A stretch of DNA of 64,000 bases from Octopus vulgaris (taxonomy: Eukaryota), in contig OX597819.1 in assembly GCA_951406725.2 (NCBI GenBank), positions 78,368,001 through 78,432,000 on the forward strand. Direction: 5' to 3'. Below, in pieces: positions 1 through 12,479 of this stretch; the first letter of the stretch is position 1; each line of letters opens with the position of its first letter. Under the pieces are notes generated by a model. The model searched no databases, was not told the DNA's origin, and was given only the letters and a program-made list of their open reading frames with translations. The position numbers and the translations under genes were made by a program.

Positions 1-1512
1 ACATGTGAGTGTGCTTGTGTGCGTATACATGTGTGTGTGTATGTATATGTTTGTATGTGTGAGTGTATGGTTTTGTGAATCTTTATATGTATGCATGTAC
101 AAAGTCAGTGAGTGTAGAACTGTATGTGCGTGTGTGCGTGTGTGTGTGTGTGTGTAAGTGTGTGCTGGCGCGAGGTTTGGAGGGTGGCAGGCAGGATGGA
201 TAGACAGATGATGGATGGGAAAAAACGTGATGTGGAAATGGCAATTTAAGTTAGAACGTGGAGTTTTAAAGGCAATAAACAACAACAATTGTAATTGCAT
301 CGGTTATATATGTATTGTATGTATGTATGTATGTATGTATGTATGTATGTATGTGTGTGTGTGTGTGAGTTTGGGTGTATGTGTGAGTGTGTATGTGTGT
401 GAGAGTTTGGGTGTGTGTGTGTGTGAGTGTGTGTATGTGTGTGTGTGTGTGTGTAGCTCATTGTGTTTGGGTGGGTGTTCTCATGTCTAACTTGAGAGGT
501 AGGGAGAGAAAAGGAAATAATAACGAGAGAGGGAGAGAGATTGGAGGAAGAAAGAGAGCGAGATGGAAGAAGAGAGAGAGAGAGAGAAATGGAGGAAGAA
601 AGGAAGAGAGTGGTACGCAGACTGGGTAAGGTGAGACAGGAAGTGAAAGAAAGGTTGTGTGAGTGAAGGTGGGAGAGAGAGATGGTGAGAGAGAGAGAGA
701 GAGAGAGGGGAGAGGGAAAGAGGAGAGAGGTACAGTCTGTGTATGAGGGCGTTGCGAGAGAAAAGGTGACAATGAAGGAGAGAGGGAGAGAGAGAAAGAG
801 AGAGAGAGAGAGATCATATAAGAGTGCTGGATCAAGAATGGGTGACAAGCAGATAAAGGGAGAGAGAGTGACAGAGTAAGATAAAGAGAAAGAAAGAGAG
901 GGTGATAGAAGACAAAGTGAGAGAGAATAGGAGAGTGACAGAATACAAAGAGAGAGAGACAGAGAGAGAGACAGAGACGAAGTCATTGCAAGGTCTTGCA
1001 AGATTTGTGTCTAATTGAGAGGTGGAAGGAAGGAGGGTGGGAGGGAGGGAGAGCGATAGAATAGAGATTGGGAGACAAAAGGTTTTCTCGGAGAGAGAGA
1101 GAGAGAGAGAGAGAGAAAAAAAATAGAGAAAGATAAAGAGAGTATAAGTGTCAAACCGAGAGATTGTCATATATTTTACACACATATACACACACACATA
1201 TATATATACACACACACACACATACATACGCACACATATATATATATATACACACACACATATATATACACACACACATACACACACACACACATATATA
1301 TACACACACACACATATATATATACATATATACATATACATACACACACATATAGAGAGGAAGAACGAGAAAGGCCGAGAGGTACAGGGAGAGATACAAA
1401 TAAAGAGAGCGATAAAATTAGAGGTACATATATATATATTTATATATATATATATATTGAGAGGAGGGAAGAGTTAGGGGAGAGACAGAGTGAGTGAGAG
1501 GGAGAGAGAGAC

Positions 1513-1546
<34 letters not shown>

Positions 1547-1550
1547 AAGC
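1..1550. repeat. Compound microsatellite / low-complexity block: (TG)n, (TATG)n, (GA)n, (TA)n/(CA)n
   Basis: Visible directly; the overlapping ORFs are repeat translations (CVCV, YIHT, SLSL, ERER). Confidence 0.95.
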
Positions 1551-1727
1551 CGACAATCCATTTGCTGTTGCTAATACACAATTAGTATAGAAGTAATAAT
1601 TTCTGACAAGCTCGGTGAAGATGTATGCAGCGGTGCTTGCAGGCCAACTTACTAGGCATCACTCACTGGCAGTGTCAGTGGTGGTGGCCAGTAGACGGAC
1701 CGCAGTCAACGTCACCACTGTGATAAG

Positions 1728-1765
<38 letters not shown>

Positions 1766-1919
1766 GGTGGTGGCTGTGAGTAGCGATAGATTGATATGGT
1801 TGTATGTGTTGTATGTATGCATGTATGTATGTTGTGTGTATGTGTGGGCATGCTTAGATGTGTGTGTGTATTTGCCATACACCTATGAGTGCGTCCGGTG
1901 TATATGAATGTGTGTGAGG

Positions 1920-1955
<36 letters not shown>

Positions 1956-2079
1956 CTGACAGGGAAAAACAGAAACTGATACACACACACACATACAGAC
2001 ACACGCACACACGCAGAATTGTGAGGGAGTGTGATGGAAGATCCATCACTAAATTTTTGTTTACTGCTTGTTGTCTTCG

Positions 2080-2640
2080 TTATTGTTATTGTTGTTGTTG
2101 TTGTTGTTGAAGCTTCGGTTGCTGTTGTTGTTACTGCTACACTACCAGCGCTTGCTAACCACATCATACTCAGCCCACACTCATCAGCCGCTACCAACGC
2201 CGCCTCCACCGCCGCCGCCGCCGCTACAACTACCGCCGCCATGCTGATGGATTAGTGTAGGGCCACGCCATATTACAGAGATCATCAATCGCTGTGTAGC
2301 AACTATTTTTAATGACTGTATCCACACCGCGTTTACCATCATCAACCACAAATAACATCGAAAACAGGCAAGAACGACTACAACAAGAGCAACAAACACC
2401 AACGTCAGTATCACCAATCACTAAAAATTATATCCTTACAACCATCACAACCGCCGTTTTGATATCACTACCGTTGTAACACCGATGCCATCATAATTAT
2501 CACTCACATCAACATCCTCGTCATAACCAACAACGCCGTAGATAAAATTAGTACAACATACATAGAACCAGGGCTAAGCCTGCCTGTCTGTTACGCCCTA
2601 CTTTAACAACCACAACTATCAAATACTAAACACCTCCATT
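2080..2640. repeat. Degenerate trinucleotide low-complexity region (GTT, GCC, ACN)
   Basis: Runs of gtt, gcc, acc, aac and atc. Confidence 0.8.
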
Positions 2641-2652
2641 GCGGTCACAAAT

Positions 2653-3405
2653 CTTATTTCTTTATTGCCCACAAGGGGTTAACATAGACAGGACAAACAA
2701 GGACAGACAAACGGATTAAGTCGATTATATCGACTCCAGTGTGTAACTGGTACTTAATTTATCGACCCCCGAAGGGATGAAAGGCAAAGTTGACCTCGGC
2801 GGAATTTGAACTCAGAACGTAGCGGCAGACGACATACCTATTTCTTTACTACCCACAAGAGGGGACAAACAAGGACAGACACACGGATTAAGTGATTACA
2901 TCGACCCAGTGTGTAACTGGTACTTAATTTATCGACCCCGAAAGGATGAAAGGCAAAGTCGACCTCGGCGGAATTTGAACTCAGAACGTAACGGCAGACG
3001 AAATACCTATTTCTTTACTACCCACAATTGGCTGAACACAGAGATGACAGACAAACGGATTAAGTCAATTATATCGACCCCAGTGCGTAACTGGTACTTA
3101 TTTAATCGACCCAGAAAGGATGAAAGGCAAAGTCGACCTTGACGGAATTTGAACTCAGAACGTAACGGCAGACGAAATACCCATTTCTTTACTACCCACA
3201 AGGGGCTAAACACAGAGTGGAGAAACAAGTACAGACAAACGGATTAAGTCGATTACATCGACTCCAGTGCGTAACTGGTACTTAATTTATCGACCCCGAA
3301 AGGATGAAAGGCAAAGTCGACCTCGGCGGAATTTGAACTCAGAACGTAGCAGCAGACGAAATACCGCTAAGTATATCGTCCGGCGTGCTAACGTTTCTGC
3401 CAGCT
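2653..3405 (-). mobile_element. Head-to-tail tetramer of tRNA-derived SINE family B (Deu/Nin-like central domain)
   Basis: Four units of about 170-185 bp. Minus strand reads A-box-like CTGGCAGAAACGTTAG (outermost unit only), B-box GAGTTCAAATTCC, core GCCTTTCATCCTTTCGGGGTCGATAAATTAAGTACCAG and tail CCCCTTGTGGG(T/C)A(G/A)TAAAGAAATA. The domain name is recalled resemblance only. Confidence 0.85.
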
Positions 3406-3514
3406 TCGTTCAACGACAACGCTACAACCATTACCAAACATCCTAACCGTTGGCATTAGTAAAAGTACGAGTGCCATCGTAAACTACCATCAACAAACAA
3501 TAAGATTTTTTATG

Positions 3515-3705
3515 AGAGAGCCTCTACGTGGTCGCTCGACATGCTAGAAATAGCGACTAAATCACCCTCTAGTCACACAAGCTACTGTTTTTGCGAAACA
3601 CACGTGCGCACGCATGCACACACATAAAGGACATGTTGGATAATGTGATTCTATGTTCTTTGTGTTGAGGGTAAAAACGGAATGGTTATGTCTAGAATGT
3701 CTTTG
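3515..3705 (+). repeat. Interspersed repeat; related inverted copy at about 42250-42410
   Basis: CTACGTGGTCGCTCGACATGCTAGAAATAGCGACTAAATCACCCTCTAGTCACAC resembles the reverse complement of 42345-42400. Confidence 0.5.
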
Positions 3706-4500
3706 ATGAGAGGTCTGCTGGATCGGGGATGACGTGGGGTGAAATAGCAGCATTTGCAACAATCATCAACCCCAACACGACATTCATTATTCAATTCAGT
3801 ATTACATATTCTCACGGCCGCCATCTTTCTCATCAGTCACTATCTCTCATAGTATTACTATTATTCCTAGCCGCTCAAGCAACAACCTAACCGCTACCCT
3901 GTTTGCTCAACAATCAGTTATATCGATATTTTACAATTGTAAAAGAGTAAAAGAGTCTTTCATATAGGCTTCGTAAAGAGACATGTAAGTAGGATACGCT
4001 GTTCTATTCATGCAGGAAACAGCGAGGTTTCAAAACTTGATTCGATGTTTGCAATCAGAAATAGGCCCAAGAATTATCATTGACAAATTGTAGACTTTAA
4101 GCTGCTGGCCTTAAAAAGAATTTAAGGCAACAAGCTGCCAAAAATCGGTAGCACACAGGATAAAATGCTTCGCAACATTTCATCCGTTCAATATCCGTCG
4201 AGGTTGATTTTGGCTTTCATCATTTCGGGGTCGATGAAATAAGTACCAGTCGAGCACAGGAGTCGACGTCAGTTGACTTATCCATCTCCGAAAACTGCTG
4301 GCCTTGTGCCAAAATTTGAAATCCTTCAGGCGGCGAGCAAGCAGAATCGTTAGCATGACGAGCAAAGTGTTGTGGCCCGTGTACCTCGATGATTTTGAGA
4401 GCGATGCCAGCGGCACGCAAGCTCATGGTAGGGCCTCCTATGCTAAACAGTCAATTAATATTGGATAACCTCTACCCAGAGATAAAAATCGGTTTTGCAT

Positions 4501-4663
4501 AGGCGCAGGAGTGGCTGTGTGGTAAGTAGCTTGCTTATCAACCACACGGTTCCGGGTTCAGTCCCACTGCGTGGCACCTTGGGCAAGTGTCTTCTACTAT
4601 AGCCTCGGGCCGACCAAAGCTTTGTGAGTGGATTTGGTAGACGGAAACTGAAAGAAGCCCATC

Positions 4664-4695
<32 letters not shown>
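4501..4695 (+). mobile_element. SINE family A head (tRNA-derived, CORE-like segment) ending in (TA)n
   Basis: A-box TGGCTGTGTGGT, B-box GGTTCAGTCCC, then CCTTGGGCAAGTG resembling the CORE-SINE domain; many copies in the window. Confidence 0.85.
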
Positions 4696-4699
<4 letters not shown>

Positions 4700-4757
4700 G
4701 AGTAAAAGAGAGAGAATAAAGACAACACCCCTACCTAGAAAAAAAGAGGTTGGGAGG

Positions 4758-4795
<38 letters not shown>

Positions 4796-4964
4796 AGAAA
4801 CGACACCCTAGAGTCAGGAACAGAGGAGAAAACGTCGTCTATGACCTATGCTCCATAGAGGACGGGGGATTAAGTAAATAAATAAGGTCCTCGTGCGAAA
4901 CACCAGTTAGAGAGGCTGGAATGCAAAACAAACTGTAGAAGGATTTGAACTTGTGAAATAGAAT

Positions 4965-5492
4965 AGTATTGGTTTCAACTTTTGACGTAAGGCCAGCAAT
5001 TTCGGGGTAAGAAGTGGTGCCCAATTCATGGTAAGAAGTGGTACCCATTTCGGGGTAGGAAGTGGTACTCAATTCATGGTAAGAAGTGGTACCCATTTCG
5101 GGGTAGGAAGTGGTACTCAATTCATGGTAAGAAGTGGTACCCATTTCGGGGTAGGAAGCGGTACTCAATTCATGGTAAGAAGTGGTACCCATTTCAGGGT
5201 AGGAAGTGGTACTCAATTCATGGTAAGAAGTGGTACCCATTTCGGGGTAGGAAGTGGTGCCCAATTCATGGTAAGAAGTGGTACCCATTTCGGGGTAGGA
5301 AGTGGTACTCAATTCATGGTAAGAAGTGGTACCCATTTCGGGGTAGGCAGTGGTACCCATTTCATCGAACCCCAGAAAGGATGAAAAGCAAAGTCGACCT
5401 CGGTGGAATTTGAACTCAGAACGTAAAGACAGACGAAATGCCGCTAAGCATTTTACCCGGCAAGCTAATGAGTCCTGCTGGCTCGCCGCCTT
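4965..5492 (-). mobile_element. SINE family B copy carrying an internal minisatellite
   Basis: Head AAGGCGGCGAGCC at 5492 and tail CCCCGAAATTGCTGGCCTTACGTCAAAAGTTGAAACC at about 5007-4971 flank the array. Confidence 0.8.
4998..5363. repeat. Minisatellite: 15 x 24-bp subunits alternating as a 48-bp higher-order unit
   Basis: CATTTCGGGGTAGGAAGTGGTACT alternates with CAATTCATGGTAAGAAGTGGTACC; very few substitutions. Confidence 0.95.
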
Positions 5493-5939
5493 GCACAGTT
5501 AGTTGGTTGGTATAATAACGGCATTTTATAATAGATTCTATTATAGCTTCATGTTTCTGCATTTGCTATTTAGGAATCTAACAATATAAAAATATATATA
5601 TATATACTTTATAAACTACTAGTACATTATTATTTAGGTAGCTACTATCTGTAAAATGCTAATACGGTCCATATCTGTGTGTTTTACGTTTATAAATAGT
5701 ATTCTGGGGTCTGATAAAGCTGCTAACCATATTAAGAGACCGTCTGCAAAATGGTATTTAAGCGCCGTTGCATGTCTCTATAATACTTTATGACGCCAGT
5801 CTGTTAAATCGCGACCTCTCCTATCATAGAGCGGCTGGAAGTTAGAATGTACGAAATAGCATGAAATGTTTGCCTGTAAATTGGTACTAAGTGCCTGCTA
5901 TAAAATATTTTAACCACAGTGAAAACATTAAAGGTCTCT

Positions 5940-6770
<831 letters not shown>

Positions 6771-6914
6771 TACGTAAGATTGTGATAGCAAAGAAATGCA
6801 GTTGATTCCAATGAACTAACAACAAAGATAAACGGAGAAAATAAAAGAATGGCGTACTTTTCAGTAGAAGACATTCATTTAAAGAAATATAATTTTGTCT
6901 TAAGTAGAGTAAAA

Positions 6915-6951
<37 letters not shown>

Positions 6952-7021
6952 TGTGTGTATACTTGTGCGTGCGTATATGCCCATATAATGCATTCACACA
7001 CACACACACACACACACATAC

Positions 7022-7060
<39 letters not shown>

Positions 7061-7157
7061 TACACACACACTCAAGAAATTGGAGCAAAAGATGGAAACC
7101 GATATGATAGCAATTAGCTCTAGCTTTCTTCTTCTTGTTCAGGGTGTGTTTGTGAAG

Positions 7158-7315
7158 TCGCATGGCTCAGTGATTAGAGCGTCGGGCTCACAATCACGGG
7201 ATAGTGAGTTCGATTCCAGGACACTTTATTTCACATAGCTTCACTTCACTCAGCTGTAGAAATGAGTTGCGATGTCGCTGGTGCCAAGCTGCATCGGCCT
7301 TTGCCTTTCCCTTGT
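7158..7315 (+). mobile_element. Decayed tRNA-derived SINE (family D-like)
   Basis: TGGCTCAGTGATTAGAGCG...GAGTTCGATTCC A/B boxes, followed by CACTTTATTTCACA...CACTCAGCTG similar to 39508-39712. Confidence 0.6.
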
Positions 7316-7854
7316 ACAACAACTGTCTTCGTCTTGTGTTTTTCTTTAAAATTTCAATTCTATATATAGTGGTAGGAGACTCTCAAGAGAGCTGAACAGC
7401 AGAAAGATATTCGGAGAAGTTTCTCCACCCCACTTTTCAGGCAAGTATTTCAGTCCTTAACTTCTTACACTCTAAGGAGAAGGGTCACGAGCAGCATCCA
7501 GGTCATGACACCAGGATGCCCTTCTACCGACAATTTTAAGTCGGTTGGATACGACGGGTTTCTTTCAGTTTCCGTCCACCAAATCAACTCATAATGTTTT
7601 GGTCAACTCAGGGTTATAGTAAAAGACAATTGCCCAATTGACAATTGTCATGCGATGGGACTGAGCCCGAAACCATGTGGTTGGAAAGTATGCTCCTTAC
7701 CACCCAGTCATGCCTGTGCCTTTATATGTATGCTTGAGTATGTATATCTATATTTATATACAAGTATGTGTGTGTGTGTGTGCATGTAATAGATTTTTAC
7801 ATACAAGCGTACACATACATATATCATGTGTGTGTGTGATGCTTGCATGTATAT

Positions 7855-7900
<46 letters not shown>

Positions 7901-8339
7901 GCGTGTATATATTCACATATATGTATATTTATACACATATAAATATATATGTATAGATATACACATATAAATATATATATATATATTTATATTTATATAT
8001 ATATACACACACACATACACACATATCTATATACACCCGTCATTACATCACATATACTCCCAGTATATAGGTTTGTCTGTATGTAAACTACTTTTATCAA
8101 CGACGAAAAAAAAAAAAAAAATTAAACATGATAATAATATAAACAAATTAAGGAAAAAGCAAAATAAATGTCACCAGGTCACCTGTGACCCTAGATGGCC
8201 GTGGGTGAAGAGGGATGCTGGTTATTTCGGTGATGTAATTCGAACAGTGTTTCCAAAATATCCCCAAAATTCTGATAAGAATAATTTCTAATGTCTGTTG
8301 AAATAGTTCAATTCTCCATTGTTCTTGTATAAGAGATAA

Positions 8340-9251
8340 ACTGCTGCTACTGTTATGTTGACTACCGCCGCCACAGCCGCCGACGCCACCACCACCACCA
8401 CCACCACCACCACCACTACCGCAACCACCACCACCACCACCAACAACACCACCACCACCACCACCAACATCCTACACGACCACTACTACTATCACTAACA
8501 CCACCGCCGCCATACCCACCAATAACACCGCTACCACCACCACAATCATCAATTTCAGCAACAGCACCACCACCACAACTATCACAACTACGGACAACAA
8601 CGCGATTACCGCAAAATATCATCACCACCACTACCAACGACAACCATTACTATAACATACCACCAACACTGCCATAATCACCCAACTCCAATACTACCAC
8701 GCCGTAAGTAGACTATCAATGCTATAGCCTATGCAATAATTACCACAACTAATACTACAGCTAGTAAGACCACCACCACCACCACCACCACCACCACCAC
8801 AATAACAACCAGTACTAGGGCTATTGCAAGCAATATCACCACTCTAACGACCACTGTGAATACTACAACCAATGTCATCACCATCATAACCACACAGCGA
8901 AAAACTACAGCTAATACTACAAGTATCTACACCGCAAATGCCACAACTGGTACTGTAGCCAAAACCACCAATATGACTATCAGGACTTCTGTCAATACCA
9001 CGAATATTGTCACTATAACACAGTCGGTTTCTACGACCAAGACCATCACAACTACTATAGTTAGTACTACAGCTAGTACCATTACCACTATACTTACTGT
9101 AGCTTCTGCTACAGCCAATGTAATCACCACCATGAATAGCAGAGTGAATGCTAGAGTCCATACCAGTAGCAATACCACTACTACAACAACCAATGCTGTT
9201 ACCATTCTTCAACATATTACCGTCTATTCCACAAAATCTCTTGTCATATAA
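8340..9251 (+). repeat. Degenerate (ACN)n low-complexity tract, Thr-rich if translated
   Basis: ACC/ACT/ACA-rich; an in-frame TAG near 8709 closes the open frame upstream. Confidence 0.7.
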
Positions 9252-9707
9252 CACAGTTCTAGATATAATTTGTATGAATCGAGTTTGGTACGTCTTTCAG
9301 AAGAAAAAGAGCAACAACTAGCATGACACCCTAAAGATATGTTAGGTAAAACGACTAACTGACAGAGATGTTTCACTCGACGGAAAGTAAAAAAAAAACA
9401 AAACACGTCATCGTACATGTTACGGCTGTTAGCATCCAAAGCTCTAATTCTACCGAGGTCGACTTTGTCTTCAATTCCTTCAAAGGTCGATAAATAAAGA
9501 ACTAGTCAGGTACTGGAGAGTTGTTTTCTCCTTTAACTCTCCCCTATATCTTTCCCTATTTCCTTCCTTTCTGCGGAGTCGACCGCACTGAAAGGAGCCA
9601 AGTAAAGGCTGTTCAATTCCCAGCTACACTAATCATTTGATCATCGACCTGCAGATTCTATAAGAAAATATAGAATTAGGGAAAGTGGAGGGAGTAACAT
9701 CACTTTG

Positions 9708-9766
<59 letters not shown>

Positions 9767-9978
9767 ACCTGGGGACAGAGATACATCAATATATTCTTGT
9801 TTTATTAATGAAAATAAATAAATAGTGGTAGTTTTATGTGTTTGTGTGTTTATTGTAGTGTTATGTGTGTGTGTATTTATATATATCAAACACTACATAT
9901 ATGTGTGTGTGTGTCCAAATTTCACCACAACTATAACACTACTTTGTGGATCTTTTCTATTTTTTTTTACTGTTTCCT

Positions 9979-10006
9979 CTGATGAAGTACCACTATCCGA
10001 AACATA
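9979..10006 (+). ncRNA. Degenerate minimal type-I hammerhead-ribozyme-like motif
   Basis: CTGATGA-AGTACCACTATCC-GAAACATA; same 13-nt spacing as copies at 15770, 27644 and 62409; helix I not supported. Confidence 0.4.
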
Positions 10007-10390
10007 CAACACTTTTTGATTTTTCTTCCCTTTCTGCATAAAACTAATATTCTAAACTGTGTGCGTCCGTTTTGTTGCCTTTGTTTCCTGTGTTCCTAAG
10101 AATTTTCATTATACATGTGTGTGTGTGTGTGTGTGTGTGTCTTATGTTCTGTGAATTACTGGTTTAACAAATAAAGAACAGCAAAGTAAGTACCACACTG
10201 AAATTAGTAAATTACCTCAAAATAAATCAACTCAAAAAATACCTCGACGGAAGTGGCATGGCTACTGTCCAAAAGCCGAAACCTGTAAAAGATCACACAC
10301 ACACATATATGTGTGCGTGTGTTTGTGTGCATGTGTATATGTATATGTGCAAATTTTTTTTATGCATATGTGAGAATGTATATGTGTGTG

Positions 10391-10506
10391 TATCGAGTTA
10401 GAAAACAGAGGGATGTAATAGATATAGATTCATTTATCAATGAATATGTTGATTAATTGATAAATTAATCTGTATCCAGTAAATTTCTCTGTTTTCTAAC
10501 TCGATA
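10391..10506. repeat. Long imperfect inverted repeat (about 55-bp arms, 6-nt loop)
   Basis: Outer 20 bp are perfect: TATCGAGTTAGAAAACAGAG / CTCTGTTTTCTAACTCGATA. Confidence 0.9.
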
Positions 10507-10645
10507 AAAATGTCTAATATTTCACGATATTCCGATATTCTATATAATATATTAACTGAAGAATTATCTCGTCAAAATTCTATATATTAAGCCAGTGTAT
10601 CTTGGATTAATATCCCTATAAGTGTTTTAAATATCCTCATTGTGA

Positions 10646-10700
<55 letters not shown>

Positions 10701-11079
10701 TATATACATATATATATGTATGTATATATGGTGACAACATTCTCGACTAATAAGCGTATCTTAGAAGTGAACAATGAGCCGAAGGTGGGTCTTATCGCTG
10801 AACAAAGCATCCACTATTTGGAGATAAGTTAGTTCTCCCCCTGAATACAATAGACAAGTTTGTACCCGACCAAAGCTAGGGCCGGTACAGTGTTTGTGTG
10901 TGCGTGTGTGTGTGTGTGTGTGTATTATGATCCGCAAACATCCCACCATTAATTGTAACTAATTAGGGTTGCAGACTTTTATCAGGATTCACACACACAG
11001 ACACACACACATGCATCTATGAAACATGCCTAATTTCATCCGTTTCTCTTTCCTCTTTACTGTCCATCCTCTTCCCCAG

Positions 11080-11100
11080 GACCTCACCTCTTCAAGACTG
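11080..11100 (+). CDS. Candidate 21-nt frame-preserving microexon (GPHLFKT or DLTSSRL depending on phase)
   Basis: Branch-like CCTAAT, an AG-free polypyrimidine tract of about 45 nt ending CCCCAG, then GACCTCACCTCTTCAAGACTG and donor GTAATG. Confidence 0.45.
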
Positions 11101-11438
11101 GTAATGGACATAATTAAATTATCAATAAGGTGGTTTCATTGTTGTTACGGCGGAGGTGGTGGTGGTGATGGTTATTGACGGAACAAAATGGCGAGTGTGG
11201 TTGGGGTGGTGGTGGTGGTGGTGGTGGGCTTGGTGGAGTAGCGGGAAGTGATAACGATAATTGCTATTGGTAGATTAATGGTTGGACACGAGATAAGTTA
11301 CAACAATAAGAGCAGTAACAGCAATATTAGAACGACGGCAACGACAACAACATCAACAAAATATTAATCCTTTCCAACACAGACATGAAACCTGAAATTT
11401 GGGAAGAGGAGCTATGGGAGGGTTTGGTTTAACTTATA

Positions 11439-11961
11439 CCGTAAATCCTCGAGTATAATTCGCATTTTTTTCCCCAAAATTTAAAGGTCAAAATCCCTTG
11501 TGCGTATTATATACGAGGTTAAAAAGGAAAAATGGTTTCTAAGCAATGTCCGAGTCTCTATTTGCTGTCTGGCAATGTTTATTCAGACGCATTTTGTGAT
11601 GTCGGGCGCGAAAATACCTTAATCTAAGCCTGAAAGCAATGAAGTTATAAAAGAATCATCCATAACTTGCAGTAAGCAACATTTATTAAAATAAAAGTAT
11701 TCAGAACACAGAATAACATGTAACAAAAACAATTTGCAAACATATTTACATTCTCATATAACAGTTAAGAACATCATCATTATTGTATTACGCATGCGCG
11801 GAAGTGTTTGTTCGACTAGGTGCTGCCGGCTTAATTACGCACGACTCAAGTTAGAGAAGGGGTGCGTATTATACACAAGGTTTAGGTTTTTCAGAGGTAC
11901 AACCCCCTAAAAATCCCCTGCGTATTATACTCAAGGGCGAACTATACTCGAGGATTTACGG
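11439..11961. mobile_element. Non-autonomous Tc1/mariner (Tc2-like) MITE, copy 1
   Basis: Perfect TIRs CCGTAAATCCTCGAGTATA / TATACTCGAGGATTTACGG with TA on both sides; second copy at 30059-30598 in the opposite orientation. Confidence 0.9.
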
Positions 11962-12004
11962 TACTTATTTTATCGACCCCGCTGTCTTAATAATAGTAAT
12001 TAAT

Positions 12005-12380
12005 AATCCTTTTTACTTTAGGTACAAGGCCTGAAATGTGTGGGAAGGGGACCAGTCGAGTACATCGATCCTAGTGTTTCACTGGTACTTAATTTAGCAA
12101 CCCCGAAAGGAAGACAGAGTCGACTTTGGCGGAGTTTGAACTCAGAACGTAAAACTTTTCGCGCGGCGAGCTAACGATTCTGCCAGCTCGCCTCCTTAAT
12201 TATAATCATATTAATAATGATAATGATTTCAAATTTTTACCAGAAGGGTAGCTTGGGGGAGGGGATTAAGTGCGCAACTGTTACTTATTTAATCGATCCT
12301 GAAAGGATGAAAGGCAAAGTAGACCTCGGTAGAATTTGAACTCTGAGCACAAAGACGGACGAAATACTGCTAAGCATGGG
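12005..12380 (-). mobile_element. Two decayed SINE family B copies
   Basis: Family B core and B-box on the minus strand. Confidence 0.75.
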
Positions 12381-12479
12381 TAAATAGAGCATCAATTTAT
12401 AAGTATGTAAACAAAAGTGAGTAGCAGTGAAATCACACACAATCAACAGAGTAACATACGGTCTGTCTTTTAATACTGT

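Noticed and set aside
215-1477. Long ORFs (up to 251 aa), and similar ones at 5804-6719, 13400-14211, 35507-36495, 42441-43175 and 53074-53700
   Set aside because: Translations of microsatellites that lack stop codons by composition.
1611-1727. Possible exon MYAAVLAGQLTRHHSLAVSVVVASRR...
   Set aside because: Weak acceptor, the donor is the start of a (GTA)n repeat, and the peptide is unrecognisable.
4998-5363. CRISPR-like periodicity
   Set aside because: No unique spacers, no cas genes, eukaryotic context.
4839-5384. Repeat-protein ORFs (MGTTSYPE..., MVRSGTHFG...)
   Set aside because: They arise from a 24/48-bp minisatellite inside a SINE; the C-terminal part is SINE tail and no splice or promoter context is visible.
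7370-7446. Possible exon with GC donor CAG|GCAAGT
   Set aside because: Weak acceptor derived from repeat tail, non-canonical donor, no other support.
8712-9251. Mucin-like Thr-rich ORF
   Set aside because: Degenerate ACN repeat, in-frame stop upstream, no convincing splice sites; similar tracts occur at 2100-2640 and 50510-50910.
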